From a virus: 64,000 bases of DNA. Shown piece after piece: positions 17,689 through 28,000 of this stretch. The DNA lies in IMG/VR virus record IMGVR_UViG_3300042465_006864, positions 69,832 through 133,831 of that record. One strand, written 5' to 3'. The number at the start of each line of letters is the position of its first letter. Within the stretch, counting starts at the first letter, position 1. The notes beneath the pieces are model-generated. The model worked only from the letters and a program-made list of their open reading frames with translations. It did no database searches and was not told the origin of the DNA. The translations under genes and the position numbers were made by a program.

Positions 17689-18144
17689 ATGGCTAGAAAA
17701 AAACAAATAGTAGAAGAAACCAATGGAATGATTCAAGAACCTGTATCTGAATCAATTGCCAGTGTCCCCAAAAGAACGCTCATTCAAGAGATTGAAGAAA
17801 TGAAAGCATCTGGCTTAGTTGGCACTCCAGATTTTACTGATAAAATGCGCCAGTTGGAAGTTATGTTGGGCGTGAGTCAAATCAGTCCATTCGGCACAAA
17901 TGAGCTGGAAATCTTTGAACAAAATCTCGCGGAAATGTCTCTTTCTGATATGCAAAAACTTGCACTCAAGATTGGCACAAATCCATATCACGAAAAGCCT
18001 GTATTGAAGAAGAGTCTCATTAGAGAGTTTACTGCTTACACACGCAATAGTCGCCGCAATATTATGCCTACTGCTGTACAGTCGTTTGTTATCGACCACA
18101 ACAATCCCAAGCATCAAGAATTATTGAAGCTACTCAATAACTAA
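17689..18144 (+). CDS. Hypothetical protein
   Basis: 151-aa ORF. Confidence 0.7.
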   Translation: MARKKQIVEETNGMIQEPVSESIASVPKRTLIQEIEEMKASGLVGTPDFTDKMRQLEVMLGVSQISPFGTNELEIFEQNLAEMSLSDMQKLALKIGTNPYHEKPVLKKSLIREFTAYTRNSRRNIMPTAVQSFVIDHNNPKHQELLKLLNN

Positions 18145-18158
18145 GTGTAAAAGAATAC

Positions 18159-18638
18159 ATGAGTACATTAAGTGGTTTAGCAACCAAAATATTTCAGACG
18201 GAGTTTGACAGTGATACTGGCGTTGTGCCACGTTCTTACATTGAAGCATGGCTTGGCGCTAATTTGGGGCTATTAAATACGCGCATCAATACATCTTATA
18301 GCGGAGTTAACGCTCCACTAGATCAAGAGTCTCAGGCTATCTATAAAGAGATGTATATGGCAAACTATTACCGCAAACAATCGCGTAATGCGTTGAAAGG
18401 ATTAGTCGGCAACACAGATGGCTCAGATATTCTTTCGCTAAGAGATGGCAACAGCTCTGTTACATTCACCAATAAGAACGAAGTATCAAAAGTATACAAG
18501 TCTTTGTCGGATGATTGCGAAACAAAAATTGACAAGCTCGCTCATCAGTATAACATGTATCAGTCAGAGCCTTTACAATTGGGCGGATTGGAAACTGATG
18601 GAGTATTAACCATTGCTGATTACAATACGTTTCTGTAA
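18159..18638 (+). CDS. Putative head-tail adaptor
   Basis: Position, size, LSLRDGNSSVTF motif, GTGTAA promoter. Confidence 0.55.
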   Translation: MSTLSGLATKIFQTEFDSDTGVVPRSYIEAWLGANLGLLNTRINTSYSGVNAPLDQESQAIYKEMYMANYYRKQSRNALKGLVGNTDGSDILSLRDGNSSVTFTNKNEVSKVYKSLSDDCETKIDKLAHQYNMYQSEPLQLGGLETDGVLTIADYNTFL

Positions 18639-18659
18639 AGCGGAAAAGTATAGAAAGAG

Positions 18660-18689
18660 AAAAGGCGCTGTTTTCACAGCGCCTTTTTT
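18660..18689. terminator. Bidirectional intrinsic terminator
   Basis: AAAAGGCGCTG-TTTTCA-CAGCGCCTTTTT between convergent genes. Confidence 0.85.
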
Positions 18690-18695
18690 AATTGA

Positions 18696-19664
18696 TTAAA
18701 CTACACCTGTGTCGAAAAGAATATGCACTTTTCTCAGCGGCAGAGCTAGGTCGCTAAATTGTTGCGTGTTGTTGATTCGAATAGAAGCTGTTCCGCTATT
18801 ACCATCATTGCTGGATAGAACAGTGTAGCTATCCATTATTTCATTTGGAATTATTTGCTGTAAAGTGTTGCCAGCGGTATAACTAAAATTTGCAAATGGA
18901 TCGGGTGTCATTTGTCCAGCTCCTGATGTTAGTGTTAATTGACCATTGAGCCATTTTACATTATATAGCTGTGTAGCACCAGCAGTTTTTGATGGAATTG
19001 TAACAGTTTGATAACTGCCACCTGTAAATGCTACTCCAGAAATACTTAATGTTCCATAACTAGACGCTCCAGCCCTATTTACTTGCGTTAAATACCAACT
19101 AGCGTTTCTAGTTTGATTAAATTGAATTGGAACGGTAATATTAGAAGAGTCGCCGCTAAAAACATAAGTAGCGCCTGGAGTTAAATAAATGGGACTGACT
19201 TCTCCTGGATTAAAAGTTGTAGAATCTATTAAAGCTGATTCTGGCTGTTCAAACTGTATATCTAATATAGAGGAATTAGCGTTACCAGATCCAGTACTAA
19301 GAATATAATAAGTTCCTTCGAAAGTATTCCATCCAATTGCCCAAAAACCTCCAGAAGTATATGAGCATTGTGCAGCACCGTTGTTGGGAAGATTGTTTCC
19401 GCTCCAATTGTTTCCACTTCCACTTATTGTTATGAAATCATCTACAGTATCATAGTCTAAAAAAACTTGATCGAATGGAGACGTAACTGCTTCTGGAGGA
19501 TTGATCATCAAGCCATTTGGCATTCCAGTAAATGTAATTATTCCATCACTTATTAACAAATCACTAATTCCGCCGTAAATGGGAACATATTCGTATGGTT
19601 GGATTGGAGCAACTGGGAAGTCTCCAGTTTGTGTAAATTCTGCGTAGTTTATATATCTTGGCAT
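18696..19664 (-). CDS. Beta-rich virion accessory/decoration protein
   Basis: S/T/G/N-rich, few charged residues; downstream of tail tube gene. Confidence 0.55.
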   Translation of the reverse strand: MPRYINYAEFTQTGDFPVAPIQPYEYVPIYGGISDLLISDGIITFTGMPNGLMINPPEAVTSPFDQVFLDYDTVDDFITISGSGNNWSGNNLPNNGAAQCSYTSGGFWAIGWNTFEGTYYILSTGSGNANSSILDIQFEQPESALIDSTTFNPGEVSPIYLTPGATYVFSGDSSNITVPIQFNQTRNASWYLTQVNRAGASSYGTLSISGVAFTGGSYQTVTIPSKTAGATQLYNVKWLNGQLTLTSGAGQMTPDPFANFSYTAGNTLQQIIPNEIMDSYTVLSSNDGNSGTASIRINNTQQFSDLALPLRKVHILFDTGVV

Positions 19665-19705
19665 ATTTTTTGTTTTTTTTTGTTTGGTTTTTAGCCCTTC
19701 TGAAT

Positions 19706-19744
19706 AAAAAGGAGGTTCTGTCTCCAGAACCCCCTCTTTTTTTT
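19706..19744 (-). terminator. Intrinsic terminator after tail tube gene
   Basis: Minus strand GAGGGGGTTCTG-GAGA-CAGAACCTCC-TTTTT. Confidence 0.75.
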
Positions 19745-19817
19745 AATTTTTATGCGAATGCGCCGACAATATCAAATGAACTAATATAAGTTGGAGCAGG
19801 AGGTTCAGAAGGGCTAC

Positions 19818-20927
19818 TTAAAAAGGGGCTGTTGTAAAGCTCCCGCTCATCTGAATACCGTTGTCTGTGTCGTTAGCACCACCGATTTGAGTTGTGAATG
19901 TAAAGTCGGAGGTTTTATTCGAACCAATCGAGCTAGAAACACTAGCAGAATCAAGCTGCGCACGTTTGATGACGTATTGAACAGCGAGTGTATTGCTTCC
20001 TGGCTTCTTGACAGAAATTACTACGTCTTGTTTAGGATTTGCATTGACCAAATCAACAAGATTTCCGCCAGCAGTTTCGTTTTGCACACCATTCAAGGTG
20101 AGTGTTGCAGTTACAGGGAAGTCAACTGTTCTAGCGAACGCGAATTTAGAACCAAGACGTTCAATTGGAGTTCTTCCAAGAGGAAGAGATAAACTTGCGC
20201 TTTGAATGTGCGCACCATCAGTGCCGCCAAGTTTGGAAATCAAACCACTGCCGCTCCAGATGCCGAAGTCAATAGTGACATCACCAGGACGAAGAGCAGT
20301 AACCACATTAGCTCCAGTAAAGCTATCGGGTTCTTTCAAGCGGATAACGGAATTAAGTGCAGTTCCAGATTCTTGATTGATAGCAACAGAAGTTCCCGAA
20401 TTAGTTCCACTGAAAGTAAAGGCGTTCATGTTAGCGCCTTCAAAGCTAACAGTAGCAGTAGGAATGCTGCCAACTGCCAACTCAATCGAGTAATCAGTAA
20501 GATAAGCGTTACCAACACCAATGCAACCTTTACCGCTCAAGCTGGATGCGCCAGAGAAGTTGTTAAGGTCAGTACCTTCGTTACTGGTTACGATATAAAG
20601 GTTTCTTCCGCTTCCATCTTGAACGTGACCAGACGGGAACTGTGAGAATGTTTGAGCGCCAGTAGCAACATAGAAACCGAGAGCAGCTTCATTTTGACCA
20701 TCAGTGATATAGTAGCTCATGTCCATCGACACAGTAGGAGATTCCAGAACGATAGAGTCGATACGAGCCAACTCACCATATTGGTTAACATCCTGACGAG
20801 CGATGTTGAAATTGTAGTTCGCGGATTGTACGCGAGAAAGCTGGGCGTGATCACCGCTGCCAGTAGAGGTAGCTTCTTTGCTGATATATACGCCTTCCGA
20901 TTGATAAATGATTCGATTTCTTGCCAT
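19818..20927 (-). CDS. Major tail tube protein
   Basis: RVQSANYNF, LPLGRTPIERLG; highly expressed codon bias; follows neck genes. Confidence 0.7.
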   Translation of the reverse strand: MARNRIIYQSEGVYISKEATSTGSGDHAQLSRVQSANYNFNIARQDVNQYGELARIDSIVLESPTVSMDMSYYITDGQNEAALGFYVATGAQTFSQFPSGHVQDGSGRNLYIVTSNEGTDLNNFSGASSLSGKGCIGVGNAYLTDYSIELAVGSIPTATVSFEGANMNAFTFSGTNSGTSVAINQESGTALNSVIRLKEPDSFTGANVVTALRPGDVTIDFGIWSGSGLISKLGGTDGAHIQSASLSLPLGRTPIERLGSKFAFARTVDFPVTATLTLNGVQNETAGGNLVDLVNANPKQDVVISVKKPGSNTLAVQYVIKRAQLDSASVSSSIGSNKTSDFTFTTQIGGANDTDNGIQMSGSFTTAPF

Positions 20928-20981
20928 AAGTGTTTATCTTTACTTTGTTTACATCAACAATAAAAAAAAGAGAAAAAAAAA

Positions 20982-21830
20982 TTACAAACGATGAACCCTT
21001 TGCTGGTGAATCTCAAAATCAATAAATCCAATAAACAAGTCATTCGATAAAGACTTTCTAGCTTTGTCGCTTAATTTGGATGTTACGACATCTTCAATGA
21101 AGAAAAGTGGTTCGCTGTTGTATTGGTTTTTTAATGAATCATAAGAATAAGTGCCGTTTTTAACATCTCCATATTCAGTGGTTGGATTGCCAGAGAATGG
21201 TATTGTCGGGAAGACCTCGTTGAAACTATCCGCAAAAATAGAAAGTGCGCCATCCAGTTGATAAGAGTTTTCTGCCATTACTACTGCTTTCATTTGTATT
21301 TTAGTAGTGTCTTCGCCGCCAAAAGAAAATGGTGCATTGTTGATTGATTGACTCGACAAGAAGATAGCTGGCACGACATTATCGTATGGCTCAATATAAG
21401 ATGCAGCCGCAGAAAAAACACGAGAGTTAGGTGTGTATTTTTTGTCTACGATCAAATCTTCTTCTCCATCATTAGTAAAGTAGATGTTGAAATCCTTTAC
21501 CGCGAAAGAACCAGAAACAGATGCTGTAGAAGCTGCGCCACTAATTAATGCTCGACCGTTATTAAAATCTAAAAGAAGTGAAGAACTTCGCGGATGAAAA
21601 GTTCCGCCAACATAAACGCCAGATGGAACAGTTGCGCCAGCGATAGATGAATCATTCACCCATTGTTTATATGGACTGCCGAAAGCCTTGAAGCGATCAT
21701 CGAGGCGATCATCGGCATAGTAATAGAATGAGCCGCTTTTGTTAGAATAGGCTTGACCTTTTTTCAGCAGGTAGTTGTCAAACCACAGCATGAAAGAGTT
21801 TGTTGCTTTGTGTTGGAATTGTTCGATCAT
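20982..21830 (-). CDS. Putative tail terminator/completion protein
   Basis: Precedes tail tube; VPAIFL...PFSFGG motif. Confidence 0.5.
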   Translation of the reverse strand: MIEQFQHKATNSFMLWFDNYLLKKGQAYSNKSGSFYYYADDRLDDRFKAFGSPYKQWVNDSSIAGATVPSGVYVGGTFHPRSSSLLLDFNNGRALISGAASTASVSGSFAVKDFNIYFTNDGEEDLIVDKKYTPNSRVFSAAASYIEPYDNVVPAIFLSSQSINNAPFSFGGEDTTKIQMKAVVMAENSYQLDGALSIFADSFNEVFPTIPFSGNPTTEYGDVKNGTYSYDSLKNQYNSEPLFFIEDVVTSKLSDKARKSLSNDLFIGFIDFEIHQQRVHRL

Positions 21831-21833
21831 TGA

Positions 21834-22436
21834 TTATTTAAGATTTAATTGTGACGATTTGATTGAAGAAAATTGTTTGATATATTTTTGTATAAATGTG
21901 GATATGTATTGAGTTCGCTTGAAGGTTCCGCTTTTTACTTTTTTAGTAGATTGAACTCCAGCAGTTGATCTTCCAACATCGCTTTTTGCAATGTAAAAGC
22001 CAAGCCCAGAAATTCCACCTTCAATACCTTTTGCCCAACTGCGTCCAGATGCCCATGGCATTGGTGTGGCGCTAAAAATAGATGCGGCAGATGGAATCGT
22101 AATAGTAACAAGATGATCCGCTCCTTCACGAATTACAATAGACGAAGATTCCAAAAGATCCAAAATAGGCTCGATAGGTTTATCTGACCGCTCAAATCCT
22201 ATAAAACCAAAAAGATTGCCTCTGCCAGCTAATGTGCCAGAAATGTTTGGAGAATCTGAGCCTCCCATAATCTCTTGAGTAACTGGCAAGCTCAAAAAGT
22301 CGCGAATCATTTGCTCTTTGATTATGTTAAACTCTCTTTGAATTGATTCATAGACTTGCGATTGCAAAACCTTTGCGGAGTCTTTGCGAGCTTTTTTAAG
22401 AACAGATTGAGGGATTATGGGATTGCCAATTTTCAT
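21834..22436 (-). CDS. Putative neck/tail completion protein
   Basis: Position; basic; WAKGIEGG. Confidence 0.5.
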   Translation of the reverse strand: MKIGNPIIPQSVLKKARKDSAKVLQSQVYESIQREFNIIKEQMIRDFLSLPVTQEIMGGSDSPNISGTLAGRGNLFGFIGFERSDKPIEPILDLLESSSIVIREGADHLVTITIPSAASIFSATPMPWASGRSWAKGIEGGISGLGFYIAKSDVGRSTAGVQSTKKVKSGTFKRTQYISTFIQKYIKQFSSIKSSQLNLK

Positions 22437-22894
22437 TATTCGTCGATAGGTGTCAACAGAAATTCATAGTATTGATTACTAAACAAACCAATGGGATTAC
22501 CATCACTGCGGATAGAGAATGTAATGCCGTCAAATTCAACCTTGCGAGCTTCTCTAATAAACAAATAGCCTCTAGGATCAACAACGATTTTTACAGAACC
22601 ATTCGGCATGATAATTTTATTTTGGGAATCAGTGCCAGCAGAAGAGTTTTGGAAAAATTCTTCATCCATCTTTAGATAGTAAATGCGAGCTGAGAATGTT
22701 GCAGATACTGTTTGATATTCAGATGTATTTGTTGCGCCAGAATTACCATAAATAGCGTTGAATGAAGGGGAGCTGGCAATAGCTACTCTTTTTGCATTTT
22801 TATAAACAGTAATTTCGCGGGAAAAAGTATCATGTAGATCAGCAAGTCTAAGACTGACCCTATCCATGAGTTTTTGGTTAATTAAACTTGGCAT
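22436..22894 (-). CDS. Putative head closure (stopper) protein
   Basis: Size, position, KVEFDGITF; GTGTAA-N8-ATG. Confidence 0.5.
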   Translation of the reverse strand: MPSLINQKLMDRVSLRLADLHDTFSREITVYKNAKRVAIASSPSFNAIYGNSGATNTSEYQTVSATFSARIYYLKMDEEFFQNSSAGTDSQNKIIMPNGSVKIVVDPRGYLFIREARKVEFDGITFSIRSDGNPIGLFSNQYYEFLLTPIDE

Positions 22895-22935
22895 ATTGAA
22901 ATTTACACTTTTTTTTCTATTATAAAATAGATAAA

Positions 22936-23223
22936 ATGGACGCTAACCACTACTTATTAAAGCAACACAAGAAAGAAGTCACAGCTTTATTCAAGAATTA
23001 CTTGAAAATTTTAGAGGACATGAAAGCTGATCACGACTTTCATTATAACAAGCTTTATGAGCTAATTCCAGAAGAACATCACGTTATTATTACTGCCGCA
23101 AATCACTTTACCAATGAAAAGTTGAATTGGATTCGCAAAAGAATACTTGATGGTGGCAACGAGTCTCTTAGAAATTTCACCGAAGAAATGGAAAACTATT
23201 CTGTTTCATTTATATTTAAATAA
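22936..23223 (+). CDS. Hypothetical protein
   Basis: 95-aa ORF. Confidence 0.65.
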   Translation: MDANHYLLKQHKKEVTALFKNYLKILEDMKADHDFHYNKLYELIPEEHHVIITAANHFTNEKLNWIRKRILDGGNESLRNFTEEMENYSVSFIFK

Positions 23224-23228
23224 CAAGT

Positions 23229-23990
23229 ATGGAAAAAGGTTTTAAAGAATTGTACAGTTTCTCTGTTGATAGAGAAGTGGAAAAGGAAGTTAGCTCGACT
23301 AAAAAAGACAAAAAAACAGGCGAAGAAATTACCGTGACTAAAAAAGTCAAGGAAAAAGAGCCTCTTGCAGTCAAAATTAAAAAGCCATCTCGCCGCGAAT
23401 TAGAAGATGCTGAACTTGAGTTTAGCGTTGAAATGAGCAAATGCATCAAAAAAGGTATTCTTACTAAAGCGATGTTGGCAAAAAAATATAGCGATACTGG
23501 CGGTCTAATGAGTGAAGATGACGCTCAAGAGTTGGTAGATAACTATAAAAAGATTTTTGAATTGCAGTCCGATTATTCGAGACTAGAAATCATTCAAAAC
23601 AAAACAGAGAAACAAACGAAAAGAGTCGATGAAATTATCGAAGAGCTTCAAGCAGTTCGCCGCAAGATCGTAGAAACAGAGTCGAATTATCAAGCGCTGT
23701 TCGATCATACTGCTGATGTAAAAGCTCAGAACAGACTTATTCTTTGGTATGTTATCATGCTTACCTATATTCAAGGAGTTGATGATGAAAATCCAACACC
23801 TTATTTTGGATCGGGAGATTTTGACGACAAACTTGCGGAATATTACAAGAAAGAAGAATCCGACGATTCTCTCTATTTCTTGATTACCAAAAAAGCTGCA
23901 ACAATTTTGGCGTTCTGGTTCTTCAATCAAGCTTCTGATAAAGATTCATTCGACGACCTAATGAAGCGAGTCGAAAGTAATGAACTCTAA
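23229..23990 (+). CDS. Putative tail assembly chaperone
   Basis: Upstream of TMP; helical and acidic. Confidence 0.5.
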   Translation: MEKGFKELYSFSVDREVEKEVSSTKKDKKTGEEITVTKKVKEKEPLAVKIKKPSRRELEDAELEFSVEMSKCIKKGILTKAMLAKKYSDTGGLMSEDDAQELVDNYKKIFELQSDYSRLEIIQNKTEKQTKRVDEIIEELQAVRRKIVETESNYQALFDHTADVKAQNRLILWYVIMLTYIQGVDDENPTPYFGSGDFDDKLAEYYKKEESDDSLYFLITKKAATILAFWFFNQASDKDSFDDLMKRVESNEL

Positions 23991-23992
23991 TT

Positions 23993-24961
23993 GTGACTGA
24001 AGAGGAATACATTGGAATCGTTGGAGAAATATTTGATGGCTATACAGACATAACTTTTCAAGGAAAGACTGTATACATCAAGCATTTCTCTATTCGAGAC
24101 CAACGATATATCCACAGATTTTACAACAAATACAAATCAATTGCAGAATCCAAGGGCATCCCCTCAGAAGAGGAGATGCTCAATTCTTTGCGCGAAGATG
24201 GATTATGGAGCGATAACGATGATCGCAAAATTGTAGAACTTGAACAAGAGATGGAAGGTTTAAGAGGCGCGAAAAGAAACTCATTCCTACCATCGCAGAA
24301 AAAACATATTCAAGAAACTCTTGAGGCTAAGCAGAAAGAGCTTTATTTCTTGTTTAATAAAAAAGCAGAACTTGTAGGAAAGACATCTGAACGCTATGGT
24401 TCTCAGCGATCCAATGAGGAGTTTATTCGTTATTTGATTTATGCTGATCCGCAATGTTCCCGACATTTTTTTACAGACGAGCAGTTTTCCAATCTATCAG
24501 AAGAAGAGCTGGAGTTTTTTGTAAAAGAAAACGATCACATTAGTCATAGGCTCAATGAGTCAAACATACAACATGTAGTATTACGCGATTTCTTCAATAT
24601 GTATATGTCGCAAACAGAAGATGTTTCTGCATTTTACGGCAAAGCAATTATTGAACTTTCTGTTTACCAATTGAAACTAGCAATTTATGCGCGTATTTTC
24701 TTCAACATGTTCCAATATAACGAAGACATTCCTGAAAGAATGAAAAAAGACCCAGAAGCAATTTTCGACTTCGTTGAAAGAAAGAAGGGCAATAATAAAG
24801 CAAATGTCAATACTGAAAAAGGAGCTTCAGCAGTCTTCGGTGCTACAAAAGAAGACTTAGAAGCTATTGATCCAAATGCGAGAGCAATTAGTTTATCCGA
24901 TGAAATTGCAAAAAGCGGTGGCGTAATGAATATGGATCAATTGATAGAATTAATGGGCTAG
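23993..24961 (+). CDS. Putative tail assembly chaperone 2
   Basis: Immediately upstream of TMP. Confidence 0.5.
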   Translation: MTEEEYIGIVGEIFDGYTDITFQGKTVYIKHFSIRDQRYIHRFYNKYKSIAESKGIPSEEEMLNSLREDGLWSDNDDRKIVELEQEMEGLRGAKRNSFLPSQKKHIQETLEAKQKELYFLFNKKAELVGKTSERYGSQRSNEEFIRYLIYADPQCSRHFFTDEQFSNLSEEELEFFVKENDHISHRLNESNIQHVVLRDFFNMYMSQTEDVSAFYGKAIIELSVYQLKLAIYARIFFNMFQYNEDIPERMKKDPEAIFDFVERKKGNNKANVNTEKGASAVFGATKEDLEAIDPNARAISLSDEIAKSGGVMNMDQLIELMG

Positions 24962-25003
24962 TCAATAGACTTTTGGTGTAATCCTTTATAGGAAAAAGGA
25001 GCC

Positions 25004-28000
25004 ATGTCACAGTCTATTCAATTACAAGTTACTCAGGTCGGATTAGAGCAAAGTATCGCCGCTGCAATGAAGCGTGTAGGTAGTTCTTCGCAGATTAACT
25101 TAGGGACAAGCTCAAAGCAAATTAACGCATTGAGCCAACCATTGGGCAGGATCACTGGTCAGGCAGACGAGTTCTCTAAATCCATGGCAGCAGCAAATGC
25201 CCGTGTTTTGGCATTCGGAGCTTCTGCTGGTATTATCGCAGGTGTGTCTTCGGCAATGTCTGGGCTTTTGGCTAGTACTATTAAGGTAGAAAAAAGTCTA
25301 GTAGAAATTAGCACCGTCTTAAATAAGACTGGTTCGGAACTTGACAAGTTTGGTCAAGATATTTTTAACGTGGCGAAAAATACTGGCAAATCGTTTGACG
25401 AAGTTGCTAAAGGTGCATTAGAATTGGCTCGCCAAGGTTTAAGCGCAGAAGATACTCTTACTCGATTGAACGATGCTTTGATTCTATCAAGACTTTCTGG
25501 ATTAGATGCTACGCAATCTGTTGAGGGTTTGACCGCTGCATTCAACTCTTTCAAGAAATCTGGAATCACAACAGCAGAAATCCTAAATAAAGTTGTGGCT
25601 GCTTCTCAAAAATATGCAGTATCGGAAAAAGATATTATTGAAGGTCTCAAGCGATCTGCTTCAGTTGCTAATTTAGCTGGTGTTTCGTTTGAAGAGTTAG
25701 CGGCTGTTATCACAGCAGTTCAAGAAAAAACCGCTAGAGGTGGTGCTGTTATCGGTAACGCTTTTAAAACAATTTTTAGCAGAATACAAGATAAGACTGT
25801 TTTGTCTGATTTAGATGAAATGGGTATTGCTGTGACCGACCTAGCAAATGGGGAGGTATTGCCAGCGTTAAAAATATTAGAAAACTTGGCTAAAAAAATG
25901 GAAGGCTTTTCTCAAATTGAGCAAGCGGATATTGCCAAAAAACTAGGTGGTGTATATCAATTAGATAAGTTGCTAGCTGCATTAAGTGACCTTTCTGATG
26001 AAGCATCGGTTACAACAGGAGCTTTAAATGCCATGGAAAAAGCTGGAAATTCAGCATATCAGAAAAATGCAGTTCTTAATCAAACTCTAGCAGCATTATT
26101 AAATAAAGTTGCCGTAAGTGCTGAACAGCTTGGCGCAAAACTTGGTGAAATTGGCGTAACAGATAACTTGAAGAATGTTTTGGGATTTTTCAATAGCTTG
26201 CTAGAAGGAATTCAAAAGATTTTGGGTGAGGAAAGTGGTTTAGGAAATTTAGTCCGTGGATTAGTAAAGGGTCTTGGAAGCTTTTTGGCTGGACCTGGTT
26301 TGGCTTTATTTGGTGGTATTATTCTTAAACTCTCCAAGGATTTAGTACAGTTTGGATTTGCCAGTTTAAAAGCATTCTTTGGAATTGGCAAAGCGGCTAA
26401 AGAAGTTCAAAATGTTGAAGGAGCAATTTCTCAAATATTGTCTAAGAACGTCAATCTACAACAACAGTTGTTTGCATTAGAAGGCAATAGAGCTGCCCAA
26501 TTGAGATTAATTACTGGAGCATTGGTTGAGCAAGAAGCTCTTCTTCGAAGAAGCGCTAATATTTCTTCTGGACTAGCAGCGCCTCTTTATAATGTAGGAG
26601 CTAGAGCTAAAAGTTCTGGCTTGCGCATTGGTAATAGTGCTGGTGGTTACATGCCAGCAGTCGCCCAAGAAAGCAAATCAATTCAAAAGGGAGTTGGTGG
26701 CGCTCGCGCAGGTGATAAGCCTGTTGTTGTGCCGAACTTCAACTTTGGTAGTGGTAAAAAGGGAACCATGGTCGCTCATACTGGCGAGTATATTGTGCCG
26801 AATTTCAATGGAAGCGGTGGATCTGCTGTGTTTAATAGGCAAATGGTTCAATCTATGGGATTGCCATCAGGAGCAAAGAAAATAAATGCGGCTGGTGGAT
26901 TGATTCCAAATTTTGCAAAAGTTTCGGAAATTGCCAAATATAATCCTAGAGTAGCAACCGCTTTACAAAAATCAGATTTAACGGATAAAAGATTAAATAA
27001 ATTAGATTTAGTAAATTTATTTAATAACAAATATCAACAAGAATTTATTCCTAAACTGCCAAATGAATCAGCCAATCAATACGAAGAAAGAGTGACTAGA
27101 TTACTTGGATATAACAATAATGACACTTTAAAACATCGTGGAAGTTCTGCTGTAGATGGATTTATTAAAAAATCAAATTCTATAAAATTATTAGAAGTTA
27201 AATCTGGAGCTTGGAATTCTTATGAAGTTTTAAATAAATTTCTAAGAGCGTTACCAGAAAATTATGGAGCAAATAATGCTTTAGATATTTGGACGGGTAA
27301 TAGAGATGATATAAAGGTGCAAGCGACTATAGCTTCACCAATTAAAAAAAACTTTGCAGCGAAACAGGCTGGTTTATTTTCTAGGGCTGCAAATGGCTTT
27401 ATTCCAAACTTCGCGCCAAAGTTTAATGCCGAAACAGTTAGAAAATATGCTGACGAAATTCAAAAATATAAAGATCCAACAAAAGATTTTTATCAATTCC
27501 CCGATGGAACAGGTGGCTATGGATCTCAGATCAAAAATGTTTTGTCAAGACAACAATCAAAAGCTGTTGCTAACAAGCAAATAAAGGAGAAAAAAATAGA
27601 AGACAGGGGATTCTTTAATTTAAGTGCCGATTCACTTGGTGGAATACTTTTGGTTTCTCCTAGATTTGGCAAAAGCCAAGGCTCATTAGATACATCAATG
27701 CAGATTGGAGAAATCCCATTCTTCAATCAAGACAAGTCAATGTCAATTGACAAAAACAAATATATCAAACTGTCTGGCATCAAAACAACTAATACTCCAA
27801 GCGGCAGGGATTTAAAGTCGTTGAGAGCAGATGTTAATGAATTATTTTCGGACGGAATCGTTAGACTTGCGAATAGGCTTTACGGCGAAACTTTTGATCC
27901 CGCTAGCGGAGGTGAATTTTCTGCAAAATTACAATCCTTAGATGCTTCCAAAAAACAACAGCTACTTCCTCCTGCTGCACAAGGTGACTTGTTTGAAGCT

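Noticed and set aside
23960-24000. Lambda G/GT-type frameshift joining the two chaperone genes
   Set aside because: No slippery heptamer, and the downstream frame has a TGA at 23981.
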